DNA of 64,000 nucleotides, from the NCBI GenBank assembly GCA_002011125.2, contig MTMF02000009.1, forward strand, positions 744,989-808,988, written 5' to 3'. Position numbers and translations under genes: made by a program. The notes below the pieces were generated by a model. It did no database searches and was not told the DNA's origin. It saw nothing but the letters and a program-made list of their open reading frames with translations. Source of the DNA: Candidatus Hydrothermarchaeum profundi (GTDB lineage: Archaea; Hydrothermarchaeota; Hydrothermarchaeia; Hydrothermarchaeales; Hydrothermarchaeaceae). Shown in pieces: positions 11,296-20,505 of this stretch (within the stretch, counting starts at the first letter, position 1; each line of letters starts with the position of its first letter).

Positions 11296-11613
11296 ATGGC
11301 TAAGCTAAAAAAAGTTAGCATGGAGGGAAACGATATCTTGATATCGTTAGAAGTGGCTCACGACGAGTATAAGCTTCTTGGATCTGAGAAGGACTTCTTA
11401 GTTGTGCCCAAGGGTGACAATTTTTTGTCTTTAAGTCTTACTACCGGAAAGCTTGGGCATGGTAATAGGATTATGGTTCCTACTAGGCTTCTTAGGAGGC
11501 ATGATATCATGCTTCCAAAAAAGGTTCCAGCTTCTCTATTTGAAGCTGGCGGCGAGAAATATTTGCTTATAAAGCTGCAGAAGTCTCGCCTTATACCAGA
11601 GTATGAGGAATGA
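11296..11613 (+). CDS. Hypothetical protein (possible AbrB-like swapped-hairpin segment), coupled to the KaiC-like gene
   Basis: ORF overlaps the next start (ATGA); GNRIMVPTRLLRR resembles the AbrB motif. Confidence 0.55.
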   Translation: MAKLKKVSMEGNDILISLEVAHDEYKLLGSEKDFLVVPKGDNFLSLSLTTGKLGHGNRIMVPTRLLRRHDIMLPKKVPASLFEAGGEKYLLIKLQKSRLIPEYEE

Positions 11614-12272
11614 CTATGGCTAGGATTAAAACGGGTTTGCCGGGCTTGGATTCTCTCATTCAAGGAGGGTTTCCTGAGAACACTGTTGTACTGCTTTCCG
11701 GAGGAGCTGGTACTGGCAAGACTTTATTTGGATTGAATTTCGTAGTAAAGGGAGCACTACAAGGCGAGAAGGGCTGTTATATCAGCTTTAATGAAAGTGA
11801 AGGCGATTTGGTGAGGGCGTGTAGGGGCATAGGATTGGATTATGAGAATAAGAACTTAATTATTAAAGGGATAACTTTGGGAAAGGATATCAATGTTGAT
11901 GGGTTTATAAGCATGATAGAGAAGTACCCGAAGATAGATAGGCTGGTGATAGATAACCTCAATAAGCTTCTCTTATTCTCGGTAGATAAGAGAGACTATA
12001 GATATCAGTTAACTCTTTTGGTGAGGTATCTGCGTGAGAAGGTGAGATGTAGCCTACTAATTTGCGAGACTGATAATGGGATAGATTCAGGTAATGGAGA
12101 GTCCTTCGAGTGTGACGGCGTATTGCATTTAACCTTCTCAGAGTTTGAAGAAAGGCCAATGAGGACTTTGACGATAGATAAGATGAGATATACTTCTTTT
12201 GAGCCTAAAATTTCATATGAGTTGAAAATTGATAGTAAAGGGCTACGGTTAAGTAAGAGAATGATAATATAA
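11610..12272 (+). CDS. Single-domain KaiC-like (RAD55/RecA-superfamily) ATPase
   Basis: TGLPGLDSLIQGGFP, Walker A GGAGTGKT, Walker B LVID, C-terminal KMR. Confidence 0.9.
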   Translation: MTMARIKTGLPGLDSLIQGGFPENTVVLLSGGAGTGKTLFGLNFVVKGALQGEKGCYISFNESEGDLVRACRGIGLDYENKNLIIKGITLGKDINVDGFISMIEKYPKIDRLVIDNLNKLLLFSVDKRDYRYQLTLLVRYLREKVRCSLLICETDNGIDSGNGESFECDGVLHLTFSEFEERPMRTLTIDKMRYTSFEPKISYELKIDSKGLRLSKRMII

Positions 12273-12282
12273 AATAATATTT

Positions 12283-13305
12283 ATGCGCCTTTCAACTTCT
12301 CTTAAAAGGAATATAATGGAAGTCACGGTAGGGGGGATATTGTATAAATTTAAGATTAGAAAAAGGAGGCATGTTCTCTTTTTTGAAGATATTATTGCGA
12401 ATTATATAAAAGAATGTGAAAAAGCAGGTTTCAGTCAAGATTTAAGGGATATCGGGAGAGAATGGGGGGGATTAATAACAAAGCAATTAGTTCCCACAGT
12501 CTTTAAGAAATTACCGCCCCATATATTCTTAGATTTGGTTATGTCTGGAATTTGGATTAATTTGGGATTAATGGATGAGTTATCGGCGTCAAAAAATAAG
12601 AGGATTATAGAAGTCAAAACAAAAAATGAAGCCGTAACAAGGATAATTGGAAAAAATCAAGTTTTAATTGGATATTATGAAGGAATATTAAGTTTATTAA
12701 AAAAACAAAGTGCAGAATGTATTTATTCAAAGCAAACCAAGAAGTATTGTATTTATAAATTCCAATACAGAGATGTCTATTTTGATTTAGAATCTAAGGA
12801 TAAAAAAACCTATCTAAAATTAAATTACTTACCTGAAATTAAAGGTTTTTCATTAAGCGATTCATTAAAATCAAATATTTTACAATTAGATCATAAAAAC
12901 CGTTTACTCTTTAGAGGAAAAATGTTGCCTCCTGTGGAAAATACAATTTTTCATTTATTAAGCAATTGGGGGAGATTAAGTGAAAGAATACCCTTCATTG
13001 CTAAGGAATTTTTTGAAGAATTAGTTCAAAAAAGCAGTAGTCTAGAAGAAAAACTTAAATTGCTTAAAACACTTATGCAAGTAATGGGATGGGGGGTTAT
13101 AAAAATATCTCTATTTGGAAAGCCTAAATGGATAGTTATAGAAATAAGAAATCCTCCTTACGGTCTACAAAAGGATAAGGATAATTGGGATTTTTTAATT
13201 AAGACTGTCGAGGGCTACTTGTGGTTGTTAAACACGAATCTCAGAGTAACTAAAGTCAGAAGAAGCTATAAAAAAATCAGTATAGTGTATTCTGAAAAAA
13301 TTTAA
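12283..13305 (+). CDS. Tandem V4R-like small-molecule-binding protein
   Basis: Two V4R-like units: IGREWG...GYYEGILS...C..C.YKF and VMGWGVIKI...IEIRNPP...VEGYL; AT-rich. Confidence 0.6.
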   Translation: MRLSTSLKRNIMEVTVGGILYKFKIRKRRHVLFFEDIIANYIKECEKAGFSQDLRDIGREWGGLITKQLVPTVFKKLPPHIFLDLVMSGIWINLGLMDELSASKNKRIIEVKTKNEAVTRIIGKNQVLIGYYEGILSLLKKQSAECIYSKQTKKYCIYKFQYRDVYFDLESKDKKTYLKLNYLPEIKGFSLSDSLKSNILQLDHKNRLLFRGKMLPPVENTIFHLLSNWGRLSERIPFIAKEFFEELVQKSSSLEEKLKLLKTLMQVMGWGVIKISLFGKPKWIVIEIRNPPYGLQKDKDNWDFLIKTVEGYLWLLNTNLRVTKVRRSYKKISIVYSEKI

Positions 13306-14396
13306 GCTGGTATTATTAGTGGTTTAATTCCTATGTTAAATTTGTTACACCAGTAGTCTTTATTTTCCTCTGAATATTCACGTCTTATGACACATCCTCC
13401 TCTACATTTTTTAAAACTATGACACCCGATACAATTAGAAGGATACTTATAGAATTTATTATAATGTTCTTTTAATTTCATTTTGTGAAATTCATCGATT
13501 GAACCTGTTTCTAAATTATCAAATATATTATACATAGGATCTCTCTTCGCACAGCAGAAATAAACGTCGCCATGGGTAGATATAATTAAAACTAATCCAG
13601 CCATTGCTACACAAAAACCTCCGGATATTTTAAGCTCTGTTTTCAGTTCTCCAGGAAATAAAGGATCAGCTGATTCTATGTTCGTAGCTCCAGTACTTAC
13701 TGCGAACTCATATAACTTTTTTAAAGTACTGATATAGTCTGTTGGTTTTAGATAAAAGTTATCTTTAGCAATTCCATCTGAAGGAGCCATATCCCAGACT
13801 CTACATCTCTGAATACCGATACTCCTTGCAAATTTAAAAATATCTAATATTTCTTTTTCGTTTTCTTTAGTTAATACAGTTTGCGAAACACAAGTTAACC
13901 CTACTTCCATGGCATTATATAAAGCTTTAACTGTCCTCTCAAATGACCCTTTTTTTCCGCGAACTTTATCATGTTTATTTTTATCAAGGCTGTCGATATT
14001 CGTTTGAATCTGAGTTAAGCCTGACTTATATAATTCCTTAGCCCTACTTTTGTTTAGATAATAGCCATTTGTGTTCATATGTATGATCAATCCATAGTCT
14101 TTAGCATATTTTACGAGATCCGTAAGATGAGGATACAGCGTTGGTTCTCCTCCTGAAAAAGTAATTTGTTTTACTCCTATATCGCTCAAGGTTTTAATGA
14201 GAATTTTAGCTTTTTCTAATTTGAGGTACTTACCATTACCTTGATTATTACCCGCGTTAGCATAACACCATTTGCAACTGAAGTTACATGCTTCTGTAAC
14301 TTCCATTACAGCCCAAGATATGGATTTCTTCTTATTAAATGTTTTAAATTTTTCAATTGCATCATTTTTTTCCCAATCAAAAGTTACTACACACAT
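13302..14396 (-). CDS. Radical SAM protein with SPASM domain
   Basis: CNFSCKWC (CxxxCxxC); SGGEPT; C-terminal C...GDVYFCC...CIGC...CRGGC...C. Confidence 0.92.
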   Translation of the reverse strand: MCVVTFDWEKNDAIEKFKTFNKKKSISWAVMEVTEACNFSCKWCYANAGNNQGNGKYLKLEKAKILIKTLSDIGVKQITFSGGEPTLYPHLTDLVKYAKDYGLIIHMNTNGYYLNKSRAKELYKSGLTQIQTNIDSLDKNKHDKVRGKKGSFERTVKALYNAMEVGLTCVSQTVLTKENEKEILDIFKFARSIGIQRCRVWDMAPSDGIAKDNFYLKPTDYISTLKKLYEFAVSTGATNIESADPLFPGELKTELKISGGFCVAMAGLVLIISTHGDVYFCCAKRDPMYNIFDNLETGSIDEFHKMKLKEHYNKFYKYPSNCIGCHSFKKCRGGCVIRREYSEENKDYWCNKFNIGIKPLIIPA

Positions 14397-14398
14397 TT

Positions 14399-15247
14399 TT
14401 AAATTACCTCCAAAAGATTTTTTAAAACTAAGAAAATAGGTAAAAACATAAACGAAGACAAAATTAAGATTCTAGTTTTGAGGATATCATTTTTTATTAG
14501 AAAAAAAAGTGCAAGAAATACAAAAGGAAGTATAGAATAAAATACTATATACCTTAAGTAAAATAGCCAACCTATGAATATCAATAGGCAGAATAGTGCT
14601 ATTTTCTTTGTTAATTCATACCCTAAAACAACAGCAACAGTAGGTATACCTGCGCTTTTATCACCTTTAAAATCCCTTAAATCACCAATTAAACTTACAA
14701 CAAATACTAAAACTACAATAGTAAGGAACACTTTTGCTATTTCTAATGTAAATTCCGAATTAGATAAAGCTCCAACAAGGAAACCAAGAGGCATAAATAA
14801 AGCAGTGTAAATATTTTTTAGAGGAAATATCTCTTTAATTCTAAAGATAGAATATGACATCCCAATTATAATCCAGCTTATATAAATTATTAGCGATTTA
14901 GTAGACAAAAAAAAGGCAGGAACAATGCTTAAAAAAAGGAAACAAAAAATAATAGTCAATGCATGATTATTTAATATAAAAAAATTTAATCTCTTTTTAT
15001 TTAACAAATCTTCTTGTTTATCTGTAAATTGATTAAATGTATAAACAGCCACAGCTGCAAAAAAGGAGGAAAATGCTACATAAAAAAATGTGGTATTTAT
15101 CGGGTTAAACAGTAGATATCCCGTAACTGCAATTCCAGTAATAAATAAGCAAATTTTTGGTCTTATAAATCTAATGAATTCTTCCAGGTAGTTTATATTC
15201 CCCTCCGATTCCCATCGGATTAAACACTTTTGTTTAAAATTATACAT
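14399..15247 (-). CDS. UbiA-family prenyltransferase
   Basis: Multiple TM helices; Asp-rich motifs NQFTDKQED and DLRDFKGD..AGIPT. Confidence 0.88.
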   Translation of the reverse strand: MYNFKQKCLIRWESEGNINYLEEFIRFIRPKICLFITGIAVTGYLLFNPINTTFFYVAFSSFFAAVAVYTFNQFTDKQEDLLNKKRLNFFILNNHALTIIFCFLFLSIVPAFFLSTKSLIIYISWIIIGMSYSIFRIKEIFPLKNIYTALFMPLGFLVGALSNSEFTLEIAKVFLTIVVLVFVVSLIGDLRDFKGDKSAGIPTVAVVLGYELTKKIALFCLLIFIGWLFYLRYIVFYSILPFVFLALFFLIKNDILKTRILILSSFMFLPIFLVLKNLLEVI

Positions 15248-15367
15248 TTCTGTATAATTACACAGTAAAATATTAATATAAAAAATTTTCCATGTTGTAT
15301 AAACAAAAGTTAATTTATTATATACATTACCGAAAAGTATTTAATATATTAGCACTATGATACATAA

Positions 15368-15721
15368 TTGAGGTGGAGAAGAGTGAATAATAAGGAAAAA
15401 GAGCTCCTCCGCATTATAAGACGTGATGGCAGAGTTAAAACAGTAGACATAGTAGAACAAGCCGATATGTGCAAAGTAACGGTTCTTAAATACCTTAATA
15501 AGCTTAAGGACGCTGGGCTGGTGGATTACGAACTCGTGGGACCTACCAAGCTATGGTACGCTGTGGAAGATGGAGGCCCCAGGGGGAGGGGGCCTCTTAA
15601 TATCCTAGACGTAGAGATCTCCGAGCTGTTAGATAGGTTCGAGGCGGCAGTAGGCAAGAGAGCGTTCGTGATAATGACCGACGACAGAGATTTGATTAAT
15701 ATCCTTAGTAGGAGAGGATAG
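15368..15721 (+). CDS. Winged-helix transcriptional regulator
   Basis: HTH segment KTVDIVEQADMCKVTVLKYLNKLKDAGLV; true start may be the GTG a few codons in. Confidence 0.8.
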   Translation: MRWRRVNNKEKELLRIIRRDGRVKTVDIVEQADMCKVTVLKYLNKLKDAGLVDYELVGPTKLWYAVEDGGPRGRGPLNILDVEISELLDRFEAAVGKRAFVIMTDDRDLINILSRRG

Positions 15722-15726
15722 GGTAT

Positions 15727-15972
15727 TTGAATAAGGTATATTATATGAACCTAGTGATATGGGTGATGTTAGCAAATCTGTTTTCCATCTCGCTGGTGGA
15801 GAACAGATATCAGAATACTGTAGTACCTGCTATAACGGAGAGATATGAGCATGAGATATCAGTTCTTAAGGCCGAGGTTGAGGGGGAACCTGAAAAGTAT
15901 ATCTGCTTCTCTAAGACTGAGATTATTGGGATGCTAAAAGATAATGAAACGGGGGAGGTTCAAAATGGCTAG
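15727..15972 (+). CDS. Small hypothetical protein with N-terminal hydrophobic segment
   Basis: ORF fills the gap between the wHTH and REC genes. Confidence 0.5.
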   Translation: MNKVYYMNLVIWVMLANLFSISLVENRYQNTVVPAITERYEHEISVLKAEVEGEPEKYICFSKTEIIGMLKDNETGEVQNG

Positions 15973-16339
15973 GATTATGGTGGTGGACGATGATAGTGAT
16001 GTTATCTACGTCCATAAGCTTATTTTAAGTAGAGCCGGATTTGAGGTTGTTGGTGTTGAGAGCTGCGAGGAGTGCTTAGAGAAGCTTGATGAAATCTCAC
16101 CAGATTTAGTTGTTATGGATATTATGATGCCGGGTATGGATGGTTGGGAGGCATGTAGGAAGATTAAAGAAAGGAACTCTCACAGCCCGCCTGTTGTCAT
16201 GGTCTCTGTTAGGAGAGATGAGGAGGATATAAGGAAGAGCCTAGAGTATGCCAGAGCGGATGCTCATCTTCCCAAGCCACTCAATAAAGATGAGCTAGTT
16301 AATACTATTAGGCAGTTGCTCGGATCTTTAAACGAATAG
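15965..16339 (+). CDS. Stand-alone response regulator (REC domain)
   Basis: IMVVDDD, MDIMMPGMDG and KP motifs; RBS GGAGG before ATG 15965. Confidence 0.93.
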   Translation: MARIMVVDDDSDVIYVHKLILSRAGFEVVGVESCEECLEKLDEISPDLVVMDIMMPGMDGWEACRKIKERNSHSPPVVMVSVRRDEEDIRKSLEYARADAHLPKPLNKDELVNTIRQLLGSLNE

Positions 16340-16409
16340 GTTTAAATTCTTCTTTAAGCGCGTTTTTCCATATTCTTTTTATTTTATAAGCGTATATTTT
16401 CTAATATTT

Positions 16410-16775
16410 ATGACTAAAATAATGATAGTAGACGATGAGCAGGATATAATATTCCTGATCTCGAAGATTTTGGAGAAGGAGGGGTATGAAGTGGTTGGGG
16501 CTATAAGTGGTGAGGAATGCTTAGAAAAGTTAAGGGAGGAAAAACCTGACTTAATCCTTATGGATATCATGATGCCTGGAATCGATGGCTGGGAAACTGT
16601 GAGGAGGATAAAGTCCGACCCTGAGATGAGCGGCATTCCGGTAGTAATGTTAACTGTTAAAGGGGAAAGAGAAGACAAATTGAAAAGCTTTCATTATTCT
16701 AAGTGTGATGGGTATCTCGTTAAGCCGGTGGAGAGAACAGAGCTGGTTAAGGTTATTAAATGGGTTTTGGGATAA
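16410..16775 (+). CDS. Stand-alone response regulator (REC domain)
   Basis: IMIVDDE, MDIMMPGIDG and YLVKP motifs. Confidence 0.93.
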   Translation: MTKIMIVDDEQDIIFLISKILEKEGYEVVGAISGEECLEKLREEKPDLILMDIMMPGIDGWETVRRIKSDPEMSGIPVVMLTVKGEREDKLKSFHYSKCDGYLVKPVERTELVKVIKWVLG

Positions 16776-16788
16776 TGGAGGAAAGTGA

Positions 16789-18054
16789 ATGGATAACCGG
16801 GTTTCTCTCTGCGGGATTAACTGCGGGCTCTGTGATCAGTATCTAGCTGGCGAATGTGAAATTTGTGCTGCTGAAGAGAGCAAGAAAACCTGTGAAGCAT
16901 TGACCTGCGTATTGGAGATAATGAAGGTGGGCAGCTGTCCCGAATGTTATAGAGTAGCTTATTGTGCTAAGAGGATGAGGTCCATAGAGAATTGTCTTGT
17001 TTTTAAGCCTAGGAAGGAGTTTTCTCCTGGAAGCATTCTTTTAGTGGATTCGTGGAAGGATGCGATGACAGCCTTTTCGAAGCATGTTTTTATGGGTAAA
17101 AAGGGCCTGGCATTAACATTCACCGATCCAGAGCAATTAGCGAGGGAATTTATGTTAGAGGATGCGGAGATAAAGGGGCTGAGCAGGGTTAAGAAGGATG
17201 ATGCGGTGTATGTTAAGGACATAGAGGCGATCAAAGAAGCTTTTACTGAAGGGGTTAGAGGAAAAGATATCGTGATTATAGATGGAACTAGGGATTTCAT
17301 AGAGGTACTATCTCTTCAAAGAGCCCTTGAATTAATCAACTGGTTTTGTGAGAAAGTTCTCCAGGAACATGCTGTTCTGCTACTCATCGCAGAGGGTTTA
17401 ACTCATGAGGAGAAGGATCAGATTAAAGCTATTATCACAGATTTAAAAGTTAAGGACGTTATGAGAACTATATCTAATCCTAAGAGAATGGAAATTCTAG
17501 GCTATCTCAGGAGGAAAGGGAAGTCTACCTTCACTCAGATATATGATGAACTCGGCTATAACGTGCCTCCTAAGCTGAGTTTTCATCTTAGAGTGCTAAG
17601 GTCCTCAGGTATTATTGATCAAGACGAAGAAGGAATCTACTATGTCTCTGAGTTAGGTAGAAGCATCTCTGAGATTATCGATAAAATAGGAGAGAGAATA
17701 TTTGCCTTATTTGCTGTGGAGACATCTAGTGTCGTAGATAAAGCCGATATTAGTAAGGAATGGCATGAAAAATATGATTTATATTTGAGAAATATGAGGA
17801 GATTCGATTCTATTTCAGTGGATGTTATTCGGGATGTAGAGGATTCTCTTAGGCTGATTTTTGGTAGAAAAAAAACTGAAGAGACTTTCCAGATAATTAT
17901 GGGGGACTACATTTGGGCTGAGAAGAAGATGACTCGAGAGGACCTTAAAAGGATGATCAGCGAGATTGCTTTTGTTTTTTTGGCTGAGGAACTCCCTCTG
18001 GTGGATGCTATAGAATGGGCTGATGAGCTGATGAAAAAACACGAATTGAAGTGA
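16789..18054 (+). CDS. Multidomain regulator: Cys-rich N-terminus + DUF835-like (inactive KaiC-fold) + ArsR-type wHTH
   Basis: CGINCGLC...C..C...C...C...CPEC...C; GLALTFTDP...IVIIDG; ISNPKRMEIL...LSFHLRVLRSSGII. Confidence 0.65.
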   Translation: MDNRVSLCGINCGLCDQYLAGECEICAAEESKKTCEALTCVLEIMKVGSCPECYRVAYCAKRMRSIENCLVFKPRKEFSPGSILLVDSWKDAMTAFSKHVFMGKKGLALTFTDPEQLAREFMLEDAEIKGLSRVKKDDAVYVKDIEAIKEAFTEGVRGKDIVIIDGTRDFIEVLSLQRALELINWFCEKVLQEHAVLLLIAEGLTHEEKDQIKAIITDLKVKDVMRTISNPKRMEILGYLRRKGKSTFTQIYDELGYNVPPKLSFHLRVLRSSGIIDQDEEGIYYVSELGRSISEIIDKIGERIFALFAVETSSVVDKADISKEWHEKYDLYLRNMRRFDSISVDVIRDVEDSLRLIFGRKKTEETFQIIMGDYIWAEKKMTREDLKRMISEIAFVFLAEELPLVDAIEWADELMKKHELK

Positions 18055-18121
18055 GTTATGAATTGTTTGCCATCCATTTTTCTTGATTCAATTAAAAAAA
18101 ATTTAAAAAAGCCTTCTTACA

Positions 18122-19051
18122 ATGTATTTTATGATGAAATATCGAGGGGTTTACCTAATAGCTATCTCAGGTATAGTTTTAAATGCTTTTTACTTCATAT
18201 ATTGGTATAAAAAGTTTGGAAAAGAGTTTATTGGCCATCTTTTGGAAATAGCTCCATTGGAATTCGCTCTTGTATTATCTACTGTACCTCTTGGGTTGCT
18301 CTTTGCCTCTCTTTATGCCGAAGAGTTACGTTCTGCGGAGAAGCTGAAAGCTGCACTAGGCGTGAAGGATCTTTTCGCTGATATAATGAGGCATGATTTG
18401 CTAAATTCAATTGGCTTAATAAAGGGGTTATCCGAGCTAATGAAAGATGACCCTCGCTTTGCGGATGTCGATGATGTAGATATCATCCATAGAACCGCGA
18501 TTAAGCTTGAGGACCAGGTGAAAATGGCGGCGAAATACGCTAAGCTGGAGGCGCTAGACAAAGTAGAATTAGAAACGGTTGATGTTGCTTCTATGATAGA
18601 CGAGGCTATTGAAAGCCTGAGGTACCAGTTCAGTTCGAAGAAAATCACTGTTGAGAATAAAATCGAAAGGGGGCTTATGGTAAAAGCCGCTCCTTACCTT
18701 AAGGATGTTTTTTATAACATACTTTCTAATGCGGCGAAATATAGTCCAGAAAGAGGCAGAGTAGTTATTGCCTCAGAGGATTCTGGAGAAGAAGTGGAGA
18801 TACTCGTAAAGGACGAGGGGCCTGGTGTAAAAGACGAATATAAAGAGAAGATATTTCAAAGATTTACCCGGGGCGGAAAAGAAGGCGTTCAGGGAACCGG
18901 TCTTGGGTTGGCTATCGCTAAACGTATAATTGAGTTGCATAATGGCAGGATATGGGTAGAAGATAATTGGGTAGAAAATCGTGACAAAGAGGGCCAGATA
19001 CATAAGAAGAAGCAGGGCAGTGTCTTTATTGTATCGATCCCAAAAATCTAG
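18122..19051 (+). CDS. Membrane sensor histidine kinase
   Basis: Two TM helices; H-box RHDLLN; N-box NILSNAAKYS; DEGPG; GTGLGL. Confidence 0.93.
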   Translation: MYFMMKYRGVYLIAISGIVLNAFYFIYWYKKFGKEFIGHLLEIAPLEFALVLSTVPLGLLFASLYAEELRSAEKLKAALGVKDLFADIMRHDLLNSIGLIKGLSELMKDDPRFADVDDVDIIHRTAIKLEDQVKMAAKYAKLEALDKVELETVDVASMIDEAIESLRYQFSSKKITVENKIERGLMVKAAPYLKDVFYNILSNAAKYSPERGRVVIASEDSGEEVEILVKDEGPGVKDEYKEKIFQRFTRGGKEGVQGTGLGLAIAKRIIELHNGRIWVEDNWVENRDKEGQIHKKKQGSVFIVSIPKI

Positions 19052-19260
19052 AAATTCCTGTAGCTCTATCATGCGTTTTGGCCATTTTTAGCTGTTATAT
19101 TGATCTCCTTCTTGTTGCTGTCTTAAAGTCGTAGAATATTATTTTTAAGCGAGAATTCATTATCGATTGATTATTAAGCGATTAGTAATATAAAATCGGG
19201 GGGTTTGTTGACTTTTGGTGGCATTGTTCTATAGAATTAAGGGGAAGATTATTATCTATA

Positions 19261-20505
19261 GTGGATAGACTTATTTATAATATGGAAAAATTTACTCATA
19301 GGATTAAAGGTCATCCCAAGGGCAAGATTATTAGAGACTCTATTCATGGTGATATTTTTCTTTCGGATCTTGAGTTTCGAGTTATAGATACCCCTGAGCT
19401 TCAGAGGCTTAGAAGGATCAAACAGCTTGGAATGACCCAGCTTGTTTATCCGAGTGCTAATCATACACGATTCGAGCATTCTCTTGGCTCGCTTGAGCTT
19501 GCAGGGAGGCTCGCAGAAAGACTAGGGCTCAGTGATGAAGAGAAGATCAAGGTTAGGCTGGCAGCGCTTCTTCACGATGTGGGTCATGGGCCTCTTTCTC
19601 ATACCTCTGAGGAGCTTTTAGCGAGATATCTGGAGGAGCCTCATGAGAAGATCAGCAGGGAGATTGTTGAGAAGTCGAATATAGCTGAGGTTCTTAATGA
19701 TGAAGGTATTGATCCTAGGGAGATCGGAGAGATAGTTTTTGGTGGAAGCGGATACCTCGGTAAGATAGTCTGTGGCGACTTTGATGTTGATAGGATGGAC
19801 TACCTAGTTAGGGATGCTCATCATACCGGCGTGGCTTATGGGATTATAGACTTGGATAGGATTCTCAACACAACTGAGATCAGGGATGGCTCATTGGTTA
19901 TCTCCGAGAGAGGTTTGAGGGCCGTGGAGGCTCTTCTTGTAGCGAGGTTTCTTATGATCCCTACGGTTTATCTTCATCATGCAAGCCGGATCGCGGATGC
20001 GATGTTCTTAAAAGCGACTGAGAAGGCTATTGAGGAAGGACTAGACTACCGGATGCTTTATAAGATGGATGATTATGACATTCAGAATCTTTTCAGGAAT
20101 TCTGAAGGCTATGTGAGAGATATTGGGAGAAGATTTGACGAGAGGCGGCTCTTTAAAAAAGCCTATGTTAGGAGCTGGACAGAGCTGTCTGAGGACCTTA
20201 GGTCTAGGCTTATGTTGCTGAGAGAAGATGTAGAGAAATGGAAGAACATAGAGAAAAGTATTGCGGGGGACTGCGGATTGGAGTATGGCTATGTTCTTTT
20301 GGATGTTCCCCCTCTACCAGAGTACAAGGAGGTAGATGCGGAGATATATATAAATGGGAAGATTTCAAGGCTTGCTGACGAGTCTGCCTTGGTCGGGATT
20401 CTTATGGAGGCGCAGAAGAGACAGTGGAATATAGGAGTTTATGCTCCAAAGGAGAACTTGAAAGAAGTTAGAAAAGCATGTGAGAATCTTGGGAGTTATC
20501 TTTAA
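19261..20505 (+). CDS. HD-superfamily phosphohydrolase (dNTPase/SAMHD1-like)
   Basis: QRLRRIKQLG, HTRFEHSLG, LLHDVGHGPLSH and DVDRMDY motifs. Confidence 0.92.
   Translation: MDRLIYNMEKFTHRIKGHPKGKIIRDSIHGDIFLSDLEFRVIDTPELQRLRRIKQLGMTQLVYPSANHTRFEHSLGSLELAGRLAERLGLSDEEKIKVRLAALLHDVGHGPLSHTSEELLARYLEEPHEKISREIVEKSNIAEVLNDEGIDPREIGEIVFGGSGYLGKIVCGDFDVDRMDYLVRDAHHTGVAYGIIDLDRILNTTEIRDGSLVISERGLRAVEALLVARFLMIPTVYLHHASRIADAMFLKATEKAIEEGLDYRMLYKMDDYDIQNLFRNSEGYVRDIGRRFDERRLFKKAYVRSWTELSEDLRSRLMLLREDVEKWKNIEKSIAGDCGLEYGYVLLDVPPLPEYKEVDAEIYINGKISRLADESALVGILMEAQKRQWNIGVYAPKENLKEVRKACENLGSYL

Noticed and set aside
13302-15972. RiPP precursor peptide for the SPASM enzyme
   Set aside because: No convincing short precursor ORF or PqqD/RRE gene nearby; the 81-aa ORF looks membrane-associated
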